Sequence record: SRR31156797_14741
Direction: 5' to 3' (one strand)
DNA: 64,000 nt
Shown here: positions 51,818-64,000 of the stretch, piece after piece
How positions within the stretch are numbered: position 1 is the stretch's first letter
How the letters are laid out: every line of letters begins with the position of its first letter
Translations under genes and position numbers: made by a program
Notes under the pieces: model-generated
What the model was told of the DNA's origin: nothing
The model's input: only the letters and a program-made list of their open reading frames with translations
Databases searched by the model: none

Positions 51818-51846
51818 ATTATATAGACAAATGGTTCATTTGTCTA
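51818..51846 (-). promoter_or_regulatory. ndh2 promoter TAGACA-17-TATAAT containing a perfect 10-3-10 palindrome
   Basis: TAGACAAATG-GTT-CATTTGTCTA at 51824-51846. Confidence 0.6.
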
Positions 51847-51946
51847 ACGATTCTGATGAAAAAAACGCATATTTCCTGAAATTCGTGAAAACTTGCGAAA
51901 ATCAAAAATTAAGTCCTTTTTCCGTAAAAAAGCGGAAAGGAAGCGG

Positions 51947-51990
51947 TTGACATATCGTAAATTTACTTTACAATGTTAGATGTATCACAA
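51947..51990 (+). promoter_or_regulatory. pplA promoter (TTGACA-16-TACAAT) with an overlapping Rex-like site
   Basis: ATGTTAGATGTATCACAA (51973-51990) compared with TTGTGAANNNNTTCACAA. Confidence 0.5.
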
Positions 51991-52032
51991 ACTTTTTTGT
52001 GGGGAAAATAAACAAGTAAAAGGTGGATAATT

Positions 52033-52971
52033 ATGAAAGCAAAGAAATTGATTGTAGGTATGGCGGTATTTTCATTCTCAGCAATGTTGTTAGGGGGTTG
52101 CGGAGCAGATGACAATAACACAGCTTCTTCGTCAACTAGTGAAAGTACATCACAAACTTCTGCAAGCGATTCAGCATCAACAGAAAGCACGGAAGCAACC
52201 ATTGTTGCGGGCGAGCCAATGCAAGATGGGACGTATCGTTTAGAAGAAAAGAACTATAAAAACGACTACCGTGTCACATTTGAGATCACAGTCAAAGACG
52301 GCAAAATCGTTGAATCAAAATATGACAACGTGAATGCTGATGGCGAATCAAAAACAGAAAACACTGAATACAATGAAACGATGAAAGAAAAAGCAGGCAT
52401 CAGTCCAGAAGAATTTATTCCTAAATTCAATGAAGAATTAGTTGCCGCACAAAGCCCTTCTTCAATCGAAGTAGTTTCTGGCGCGACTCATTCCTTTGAT
52501 TCCTTCCAAAACTATGCACAACAATTGATCCAAGCGGCGCAAGCAGGCAACACGGATACCATTGAAATCGACAACGGTGCAGACTTGCAAGACGGAACCT
52601 ATACATTAGAAGAAAAGAACTACTCAAACGGTTACCGCGTGGTCTTCTCAATGACTGTGGCTGACGGCAAAATCTCTGAATCAAACTACGACTACCTAAA
52701 CGAAGCCGGCGAGTCGAAAAAAGATGATACAGAATACAATGAAAACATGGAAGCAAAATCTGGTACTGGTCCAGAAGAATTCATTCCAAACTTCAATGAA
52801 GCTTTTGTTTCTGCAGTCAATGCTGAAGATGGTTCTGTGGCAGACATGGACGTCGTTTCTGGTGCAACCCACAGCTTCCACAGCTTTGTTATCTATGCAC
52901 AACAATTGTTGAATGCAGCTGAAAAAGGTGACCAAACAACCATTGAAGTCGATAACTTCGTTACTGAATAA
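52033..52971 (+). CDS. pplA: FMN-binding EET lipoprotein (two flavinylated domains)
   Basis: LGGC lipobox; duplicated DGTY.LEEKNY domain; two VVSGATHS motifs. Confidence 0.92.
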   Translation: MKAKKLIVGMAVFSFSAMLLGGCGADDNNTASSSTSESTSQTSASDSASTESTEATIVAGEPMQDGTYRLEEKNYKNDYRVTFEITVKDGKIVESKYDNVNADGESKTENTEYNETMKEKAGISPEEFIPKFNEELVAAQSPSSIEVVSGATHSFDSFQNYAQQLIQAAQAGNTDTIEIDNGADLQDGTYTLEEKNYSNGYRVVFSMTVADGKISESNYDYLNEAGESKKDDTEYNENMEAKSGTGPEEFIPNFNEAFVSAVNAEDGSVADMDVVSGATHSFHSFVIYAQQLLNAAEKGDQTTIEVDNFVTE

Positions 52972-53233
52972 TCACAACTTTTTTGAATGAAGAGGACAGC
53001 ATTCGCTTTGAGTGCTGTCTTTTTTTCGTGGGCAGCAAGGTCATAAAAGCAAGTTCGTGCAAAAGGAAGCAATCTGGCGGGAAGTTTTTTTTAAAAGAAC
53101 TGTTTTTTACAAAGAAGAAAAAGTTCGATTAAGGATTCCTAAAATACGTTGCGGAATCACGGAATGCCCCTTTTCATTCTGCTAAAAAAAGGCTATTATA
53201 TGAAGGTTGAAGACAATAGAAAAGAGGAAAATC

Positions 53234-54310
53234 ATGAAAAAGAAAGTAACGTTTTTTCTGATGTTTGTTTTTTTAGGCACAATGTTGGCAGCTTGTGGCA
53301 GTAATCAGGAAGCAACGACGCTGCGGGAAGAACCATATTTTCAAGAAGAATTTTTATTAGGCACTTATACTCGAATCCGCATTTATGATGAAGGCAAAGA
53401 GGACGCTATGAAGCCAGCCTTTGACCGCATCAGAGAATTAGGCGATAAAATCACCATCAACCAAGCAGGATCAGAGATCGATGAAATCAATGCGCAAGCT
53501 GGCATCAAACCAGTGAAGGTTTCGGATGATATTTATTATTTGCTAAAAGAAGCTTACGATTACAGTGTGAGATCAGATGGCGGCTTTAATATGGCCATCG
53601 GTGCCATCACCCAATTATGGCGAATCGGCTTTGATGATGCCCGCAAGCCAGAGCAATCTGAGATCGATGAAGCATTGAAACATATCAATTATGAACAAGT
53701 CGAGTTTAACGATGAAGATCAAACCGTTTATTTAAAAGACAAGGACATGATCCTTGACCTTGGGGCGATCGCTAAAGGCTATATCACGGACGAAGTCGTC
53801 AAAGTGTTGAAGGACAATGGCGTGACTTCCGCGATCGTCGATTTGGGCGGGAATGTCTATGTATTAGGTCATAGTAACCGCGGCACAGATGAGCCATGGA
53901 ATGTCGGAATCCAAGACCCGAACAAATCTCGCGGCTCGATTATCGGTAGTATCAAAGAAACCAATAAAACAGTGGTTACTTCAGGGATCTACGAACGCTA
54001 CTTAGAAGTAGACGGCAAAACGTATCACCATATTTTTGATTCTGAGACTGGCTATCCTTACGATAGCGATGTAGCAAGTGTGACTGTGATCACCGACAAA
54101 TCCATCGATGGTGACGGGTTGACTACGGTGGCGTTTGATAAAGGGGTCAAAGAAGGCTTGGCTTATATCGAACAGCATACCGAAAAGGGGACCGATGCGA
54201 TCTTTATCACAAAAGAAGATAAAGTGTACGTTACAGACGGCATCAAAGATACCTTTGAGCTTTCAGAGGAATCAGGCTACACGATGGGTGATCGTGCTGA
54301 TTTAGAATAG
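53234..54310 (+). CDS. fmnB: ApbE-family FAD:protein FMN transferase lipoprotein
   Basis: LAAC lipobox, DLGAIAKG, DLGGN, TSGIYERY, YHHI motifs. Confidence 0.92.
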   Translation: MKKKVTFFLMFVFLGTMLAACGSNQEATTLREEPYFQEEFLLGTYTRIRIYDEGKEDAMKPAFDRIRELGDKITINQAGSEIDEINAQAGIKPVKVSDDIYYLLKEAYDYSVRSDGGFNMAIGAITQLWRIGFDDARKPEQSEIDEALKHINYEQVEFNDEDQTVYLKDKDMILDLGAIAKGYITDEVVKVLKDNGVTSAIVDLGGNVYVLGHSNRGTDEPWNVGIQDPNKSRGSIIGSIKETNKTVVTSGIYERYLEVDGKTYHHIFDSETGYPYDSDVASVTVITDKSIDGDGLTTVAFDKGVKEGLAYIEQHTEKGTDAIFITKEDKVYVTDGIKDTFELSEESGYTMGDRADLE

Positions 54311-54322
54311 GAGGAGTGAAAG

Positions 54323-55276
54323 ATGTCTCTTTCAGTGTTTTTAGAAGTAGTGGAGATCCGTACCAAAGTGGCCAGTGTCTTCCCCTTCATTATGGGTGTG
54401 TTGTTCTCGTTGGTGTATTTTCATGAATTTCATCCTTTGAATACCGCAATCTTTTTTCTGGGGATGTTGCTGTTTGATTTGACGACGACGTCCATCAACA
54501 ATTATATGGATTTCAAAAAAGCCAAATCAGAAACCTACAAATACCAGCACAATGTGATCGGGCGAGAAAACATCTCAGAAGCTACTGTTCGCAATCTGAT
54601 TTTTGCGATGTTGGCAGGAACCTTGTTAATTGGTCTTTACTTGTCGTTTGCCACTGGCTGGTTGCTGCTAGTGATGGGGTTGGTCGTTTGCTTTATCGGA
54701 GTCTTTTATACCTTTGGCCCCATTCCGTTATCGCGGATGCCTTTAGGCGAGGTGTTCAGCGGCGTAACGATGGGATTAGGGATTTTTGCCATCACGATCT
54801 ATATCAATACTATTGATCAAAAAGTTTTTTATCTGGCACTGGATTTTGCGAACGGGACCTTTGGCTTAGTGGGGAACCTCTGGGCCGTTTGTGCGATTGT
54901 GTTGGCATCCTTGCCATTGATTTTCACGATTGCTGACATCATGTTAGCCAATAACTTACGGGATCTGGAAGCCGATATCGAAAATCACCGCTACACACTG
55001 GTGTACTACATCGGTCGCGAAGCAGGTATCCGTCTGTTTCAAGGAATGATGCTAGCTTCCTACGCCGCTATTTTATTGGGCCTCTTGTTTGGTCTCTTCC
55101 AATGGCCGATTTTGCTCGTGTTTCTGACACTGCCGAAAATCCACCAAAATTTGAAAGAGCATCAAGCTAGCCTGCCCCACCCACGTAGTTTCGGCTATTC
55201 GATTAAGAACATGATTCTATTCAACAGCAGCTATGCTTTGGGCTTGCTTTTCTGTCTGTTGTGGCAATTGCTTTAA
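54323..55276 (+). CDS. dmkA: DHNA polyprenyltransferase (MenA/UbiA family)
   Basis: NNYMD and ANNLRDLEAD Asp-rich motifs; multi-TM; FLEET context. Confidence 0.88.
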   Translation: MSLSVFLEVVEIRTKVASVFPFIMGVLFSLVYFHEFHPLNTAIFFLGMLLFDLTTTSINNYMDFKKAKSETYKYQHNVIGRENISEATVRNLIFAMLAGTLLIGLYLSFATGWLLLVMGLVVCFIGVFYTFGPIPLSRMPLGEVFSGVTMGLGIFAITIYINTIDQKVFYLALDFANGTFGLVGNLWAVCAIVLASLPLIFTIADIMLANNLRDLEADIENHRYTLVYYIGREAGIRLFQGMMLASYAAILLGLLFGLFQWPILLVFLTLPKIHQNLKEHQASLPHPRSFGYSIKNMILFNSSYALGLLFCLLWQLL

Positions 55277-55320
55277 AAAAAAGATCGACCCGCTCTTGAA
55301 AGAGCAGGTCGATCTTTTTT
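55275..55320. terminator. Bidirectional terminator
   Basis: AAAAAAGATCGACC.GCTCTT/AAGAGC.GGTCGATCTTTTTT. Confidence 0.88.
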
Positions 55321-55613
55321 ATGTGGGGAATGAAATAGCGCATAAAAACTGTAGAAAAGACATGATAAAAGAACAAGCATCCTACTTAGTATGAAAAGAT
55401 GAGGCTCGCTTTCTCTGCGATCCTGATTGCAACAGTAAAGTTTTGGTGACAGTGGCTAAACCCGATAGAAAGGGGAGCTGCCTAGGTTGTTCTTTTGTAT
55501 GACTCCTCGGAATAAGCAGGTCAGCTTATGGAGCATTTGTGCTTGCGCTTGCTTTAACTGATTGCCTACGAAAGCAGCGAATCAGCAAGCTGGTTTGCGG
55601 TTTTTTCGCAGCA

Positions 55614-56576
55614 TCAATACCGTTCCAAACTGATTTCTCCAGAAGAAAGCACCTTGCGCTCCGTCGCTGTTTCCACCACTAATTCACCGGTGTTGGTAAT
55701 GTCTTTGGCGATCCCTTCATAGGTCACACCTTGTTGCGTAAATTGAACGGTGCGGCCCAAAACGAAGGATTTCTGCCGATAGCGGGCCATATAATTCATG
55801 TCAGGCAGTTGCGCTAACAATTGGAAGAACCGACGCCAAATTTCTTGGATCAACGCGGCCCGAGAAAAGGTTGGATACTCTTCACCAGGAAAGAGTGATG
55901 TCGCTTTTTCCCGAATCTCTGCTGGAAACTGCTGTTGCGGAATTGAAAAACTGATGCCGATACCGATCACAACCGAAGTAATACGGCCTGTCTCAAAGTC
56001 ACTGGTTGCTTCAGACAAAATACCGCAGATTTTTTTTCCATCTAAGTACAGATCGTTGACCCACTTAATGGCCGTTTCCTTCATTAGAAGGGCATCGATG
56101 GCTTCGGCAACTGCTACCGCCGCCAGAACGGTATATTGCGGCAATTCTTGAAACGCTTGGTTTGGTTTTAAAAGCAAGCTCATATAGATCCCTTGTTTTT
56201 TCGGTGAGAAAAACGGTCGTTCGAAGCGGCCATGACCGCCTGTTTGCGTTTCGGTCAAAAAAAGGGCGGGGGTTGCCAGTCCACTATCCAAAGCGGCAAT
56301 CTTGGCTTCTTTCATGGTGGATTCAACAGCTTCCTTGATTTGAATCGTGGGAATCATCGGCAAGGCTGCCGCAAGTGCTGCTTGATCGTATCGATCATCC
56401 GAGACAAAGCGATAGCCGTTGGCCAAGTGTTCGAAATGATAGCCTTCTTTCTCGAGTTCTTTAATGGCTTTCCAGACTGCTGTACGGGAGATCGACAAAG
56501 CTTGGGCCAGTTTCTCTCCAGATAGCACAGTATCTTCTTTTTGTAATAAGGTCAGTATTTTTTCTTTTGTCGTCAT
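55614..56576 (-). CDS. birA: Bifunctional biotin ligase/repressor
   Basis: SGEKLA..ISRTAVWK HTH, QTGGHGR, KWVND, KICGILSE motifs. Confidence 0.95.
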   Translation of the reverse strand: MTTKEKILTLLQKEDTVLSGEKLAQALSISRTAVWKAIKELEKEGYHFEHLANGYRFVSDDRYDQAALAAALPMIPTIQIKEAVESTMKEAKIAALDSGLATPALFLTETQTGGHGRFERPFFSPKKQGIYMSLLLKPNQAFQELPQYTVLAAVAVAEAIDALLMKETAIKWVNDLYLDGKKICGILSEATSDFETGRITSVVIGIGISFSIPQQQFPAEIREKATSLFPGEEYPTFSRAALIQEIWRRFFQLLAQLPDMNYMARYRQKSFVLGRTVQFTQQGVTYEGIAKDITNTGELVVETATERKVLSSGEISLERY

Positions 56577-56593
56577 AAGGATATCCTTCCTAA

Positions 56594-56609
56594 TGTTTCA
56601 CGTGTAACG
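56594..56609. promoter_or_regulatory. parS (ParB/Spo0J binding site)
   Basis: TGTTTCACGTGTAACG; reverse complement CGTTACACGTGAAACA has one mismatch to consensus. Confidence 0.75.
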
Positions 56610-56748
56610 TTTTCGTTAGCATAGCAAGAAATCGGCAAAAAGCAAAGTAGTTTCTTACGAAAAACCGTCCACACCATCCTTGTTTTTTTCTTTAGAAAAT
56701 CTTAGGAAATGGGTGCGCCAGAAAAGCATTGGAACTTCCAATGAAAGC

Positions 56749-56777
56749 TTGACAGAGAAGTGCTTCATCTGTATAAT
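56749..56777 (+). promoter_or_regulatory. rpoBC sigma-A promoter
   Basis: Perfect TTGACA-17-TATAAT. Confidence 0.85.
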
Positions 56778-56852
56778 AAGGAGTTGCAAAAACTATCTGA
56801 ACGAAAAAAGCAGAAACGAAATATTGTCCGTTTCGGCTTAGGAATAAGGAAA

Positions 56853-56891
56853 CAAAAGTAGAAAATGCCCAATGCATCCGTTCTATTTTTG
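56853..56891 (+). ncRNA. Hairpin in the long rpoB leader (candidate Lacto-rpoB motif)
   Basis: CAAAAGTAGAA/TTCTATTTTTG stem around an AATGCCCAATGCATCCG loop, in a 5' UTR of about 225 nt; family call rests on position. Confidence 0.45.
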
Positions 56892-57009
56892 GTTTTTTTT
56901 TGCCTAAAAGCCGCAAAAAATGCTTTCTGTAACCTATATTTAATTTTTGTTACAGTTTTGTAAATAATCGGATAGCCTTTTTGAAAGACTTTATGAAGAG
57001 GTGAAGAGC

Positions 57010-60627
<3,618 letters not shown>

Positions 60628-60714
60628 TAGACGGCCCTCGCTATTTCCGCCACTAGCGGAAATAGCCCCCGTTCTATCGGATATGTCCATGAAATGAAAT
60701 GGAGGGAACCTTTT

Positions 60715-63700
60715 TTGATCGATGTAAATAAATTCGAAAGTATGCAAATCGGTTTGGCTTCTCCTGAAAAAATCAGAAGCTGGTCTTATGGTGAAGTAAA
60801 AAAACCAGAAACCATTAACTACCGTACGTTAAAACCTGAACGCGAAGGGTTGTTTGACGAGCGTATTTTCGGTCCAACCAAAGACTGGGAATGTGCTTGC
60901 GGCAAATACAAACGGATCCGCTATAAAGGCATCGTTTGTGACCGTTGCGGCGTGGAAGTAACACGTTCAAAAGTGCGTCGTGAACGCATGGGACACATTG
61001 AACTAGCAGCACCAGTATCACACATTTGGTACTTCAAAGGCATTCCTTCACGGATGGGTCTTGTCTTAGACATGAGCCCACGTGCATTAGAAGAAATCAT
61101 CTACTTTGCTTCATACGTAGTGATTGAACCAGGAAACACCAGCCTTGAGAAAAAACAACTATTGACTGAACGGGAATACCGTGAAAAACGTGACCAATAC
61201 GGTCAAGAATTTTCAGCAGCAATGGGTGCCGAAGCCATCAAACAATTATTAGATGGCGTTGATCTTGAAGGCGAAGTTGCTGAATTAAAAGAAGAATTGA
61301 AAAACGCGACTGGTCAAAAACGGACCCGTGCGATCCGCCGTTTGGATATCTTAGAAGCATTCCGTGCTTCAGGAAACAAACCAAGCTGGATGGTCATGGA
61401 CGTTATCCCAGTTATCCCGCCTGATTTGCGTCCAATGGTGCAATTAGAAGGTGGACGTTTTGCCACAAGTGACTTGAACGACTTGTATCGTCGTGTAATC
61501 AACCGTAACAACCGTTTGAAACGCTTGTTAGATTTGAATGCACCAAACATCATCGTTCAAAATGAAAAACGGATGCTACAAGAAGCAGTCGATGCCTTGA
61601 TCGATAACGGTCGTCGCGGCCGTCCAGTTGCAGGGCCAGGAAACCGCCCATTGAAATCTCTTTCTCACATGTTGAAAGGGAAACAAGGTCGTTTCCGTCA
61701 AAACTTGCTAGGAAAACGGGTCGACTACTCAGGTCGTTCAGTTATCGTCGTGGGTCCATTCCTTAAAATGTACCAATGTGGTCTGCCAAAAGAAATGGCG
61801 ATCGAATTATTCAAACCATTCGTGATGCGGGAACTTGTTTCTCGTGAAATCGCGTCAAACATCAAAAATGCCAAACGCAAAATCGAACGTCAAGAAGACG
61901 AAGTTTGGGATGTCTTAGAAGATGTTATCAGAGAACATCCAGTGCTATTGAACCGGGCACCTACGCTTCACAGATTAGGTATCCAAGCATTTGAACCCGT
62001 CTTAGTTGAAGGCCGTGCCATTCGTTTGCACCCACTTGTTTGTGAAGCCTACAATGCCGATTTCGATGGAGACCAAATGGCCGTTCACGTACCATTGAAC
62101 GAAGAAGCGCAAGCAGAAGCACGTATGCTGATGTTAGCAGCCCAAAACATTTTGAATCCAAAAGACGGAAAACCAGTTGTAACACCATCTCAGGATATGG
62201 TCCTAGGGAACTACTACTTGACGATGGAAGAAGAAGGCCGTGAAGGGGAAGGCATGATCTTCCGTGACATGGACGAAGCAGTTACGGCATGGCGCAATGG
62301 CTACGTGCATTTACACACACGGATCGCCATCAATCCAAACACTTTAGGGGACAAACCATTCACGTCTGAACAAAAACAACGCTTGATGGTAACAACGGTG
62401 GGTAAAGTGATCTTTAACTCGATCATGCCACCAGAATTCCCATTCTTGAACGAACCGACAGACTACAACTTGACGGTTCAAACACCAGACAAGTACTTTA
62501 TTGAAGCTGGTACAGATGTGCCTGCCTTCATCAAAGAACAAGAGCTTGTTGGCCCATTCAAGAAGAAAAACTTAGGAAACATCATTTCAGAAGTCTTCAA
62601 ACGTTTCCGCATCACTGAAACGTCACGCATGCTTGACCGCATGAAAGACTTAGGATACAGCCACTCAACAATGGCGGGTATCACCGTTGGTATCGCTGAT
62701 ATCATGAACTTGCACGAAAAACATGAAATCATCGACAATGCCCACAAGCAAGTAGAAACGATCACGAAACAATTCCGTCGTGGATTGATTACCGATGACG
62801 AGCGTTATGAACGAGTTATTGGTGTTTGGAATGCAGCCAAAGATGAAATTCAGTTAAAACTGATGGAATCATTGGAAGCGAAAAACCCAATCTTCATGAT
62901 GTCTGATTCCGGTGCCCGTGGTAACATCTCCAACTTTACTCAGCTTGCTGGGATGCGTGGATTGATGGCCGCGCCTAACGGACGAATCATGGAGTTGCCG
63001 ATCATCTCAAACTTCCGTGAAGGTCTGTCTGTCTTAGAAATGTTTATCTCGACCCATGGTGCCCGTAAAGGGATGACCGATACCGCCTTGAAAACAGCCG
63101 ATTCCGGTTACTTGACACGTCGTCTCGTTGACGTTGCCCAAGATGTCATCATCCGTGAAGACGATTGTGGTACTGACCGTGGTTTAGACATTCAAGCAAT
63201 TCGCGAAGGAAACGAGATCATCGAATCCTTAGAAGAACGTTTGATTGGACGTTACACACGTAAATCAGTGATCCATCCTGAAACTGGCGAAGTCCTTCTA
63301 GGGGTCAATGAATTGATCACTGAAGATTTAGCTAAAGCCATCGTGGACGCTGGTATCGAAACAGTATCCATTCGCTCTGTCTTTACATGTAACACCAAAC
63401 ATGGTGTATGTAAACATTGTTATGGCCGCAACTTAGCTACTGGTTCTGAAGTTGAAGTTGGGGAAGCAGTCGGTACCATCGCTGCCCAATCAATCGGTGA
63501 ACCTGGTACTCAGTTGACCATGCGTACCTTCCATACCGGCGGGGTTGCCGGAGACGATATCACGCAAGGTCTCCCTCGTGTCCAAGAAATCTTTGAAGCC
63601 CGTAATCCGAAAGGACAAGCGGTCATTACCGAAGTTACCGGAGAAGTCATCGATATCTCAGAAGACCCTTCAACTCGGACCAAAGAAGTGACTATCAAAG

Positions 63701-64000
63701 GGGAAACCGATACGCGTACGTATACCGTTCCTTATACTGCCCGGATGAAAGTAGCAGAAGGCGACTTTATCCATCGTGGTGCGCCATTGACGGAAGGTTC
63801 GATCGATCCAAAACAACTGTTACAAGTTCGCGATGTCTTGTCTGTTGAAAACTACCTATTACGGGAAGTTCAACGCGTTTACCGGATGCAAGGGGTAGAA
63901 ATCGGCGACAAACATATCGAAGTAATGGTTCGTCAAATGCTGCGTAAAGTCCGCGTCATGGATCCAGGTGATTCAGGCATCTTGCCAGGAACATTGTTGG
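60715..64000 (+). CDS. rpoC: RNA polymerase beta' subunit (partial, runs off the window; absent from the ORF track)
   Basis: TTG after [40 protein letters not shown] at about 62052-62072; still in frame at the window end. Confidence 0.98.
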   Translation, partial: MIDVNKFESMQIGLASPEKIRSWSYGEVKKPETINYRTLKPEREGLFDERIFGPTKDWECACGKYKRIRYKGIVCDRCGVEVTRSKVRRERMGHIELAAPVSHIWYFKGIPSRMGLVLDMSPRALEEIIYFASYVVIEPGNTSLEKKQLLTEREYREKRDQYGQEFSAAMGAEAIKQLLDGVDLEGEVAELKEELKNATGQKRTRAIRRLDILEAFRASGNKPSWMVMDVIPVIPPDLRPMVQLEGGRFATSDLNDLYRRVINRNNRLKRLLDLNAPNIIVQNEKRMLQEAVDALIDNGRRGRPVAGPGNRPLKSLSHMLKGKQGRFRQNLLGKRVDYSGRSVIVVGPFLKMYQCGLPKEMAIELFKPFVMRELVSREIASNIKNAKRKIERQEDEVWDVLEDVIREHPVLLNRAPTLHRLGIQAFEPVLVEGRAIRLHPLVCEAYNADFDGDQMAVHVPLNEEAQAEARMLMLAAQNILNPKDGKPVVTPSQDMVLGNYYLTMEEEGREGEGMIFRDMDEAVTAWRNGYVHLHTRIAINPNTLGDKPFTSEQKQRLMVTTVGKVIFNSIMPPEFPFLNEPTDYNLTVQTPDKYFIEAGTDVPAFIKEQELVGPFKKKNLGNIISEVFKRFRITETSRMLDRMKDLGYSHSTMAGITVGIADIMNLHEKHEIIDNAHKQVETITKQFRRGLITDDERYERVIGVWNAAKDEIQLKLMESLEAKNPIFMMSDSGARGNISNFTQLAGMRGLMAAPNGRIMELPIISNFREGLSVLEMFISTHGARKGMTDTALKTADSGYLTRRLVDVAQDVIIREDDCGTDRGLDIQAIREGNEIIESLEERLIGRYTRKSVIHPETGEVLLGVNELITEDLAKAIVDAGIETVSIRSVFTCNTKHGVCKHCYGRNLATGSEVEVGEAVGTIAAQSIGEPGTQLTMRTFHTGGVAGDDITQGLPRVQEIFEARNPKGQAVITEVTGEVIDISEDPSTRTKEVTIKGETDTRTYTVPYTARMKVAEGDFIHRGAPLTEGSIDPKQLLQVRDVLSVENYLLREVQRVYRMQGVEIGDKHIEVMVRQMLRKVRVMDPGDSGILPGTLL

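Noticed and set aside
52213-52960. Internal DNA duplication in pplA
   Set aside because: Known two-domain FMN-binding architecture of PplA
60715-64000. Apparent lack of a long ORF after rpoB in the ORF track
   Set aside because: rpoC is simply cut by the window end, so no stop is present; it is not a pseudogene

Overview
Core chromosomal segment of an Enterococcus, most likely the E. casseliflavus/gallinarum group (inferred from gene content and moderate GC). Two parS-like sites suggest it lies near the origin. In order, it contains: an 8-tRNA array; rsgA-rpe-thiN; mreCD plus a SagA/PcsB-type NlpC/P60 hydrolase; a duplicated mannitol PTS locus (IICB-mtlR-IIA, then mtlA-mtlF-mtlD); a patch of small stress and hypothetical genes; ispE; Zur-boxed adcACB; purR-glmU-prs; TPP riboswitch-thiT; sortase A-patatin-ydbC-yloC; gmk-rpoZ-priA-def-fmt-rsmB-ireP-ireK; ctsR-clpC; two U32 tRNA hydroxylases; gor; a flavin-based extracellular electron transfer (FLEET) locus (dmkB-eetB-eetA-ndh2 / pplA-fmnB-dmkA); birA; rpoB; and a partial rpoC. 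I saw no IS, prophage or CRISPR. The most unusual signals are (1) a dense DnaA-box cluster written inside the gor coding sequence, (2) a DxxSGAS flavinylation-like motif in a repetitive loop of the Ndh2 membrane domain, (3) a perfect 10-3-10 palindrome in the ndh2 promoter, and (4) a possibly sensory second mannitol PTS with Cys-less pseudo-IIB domains.
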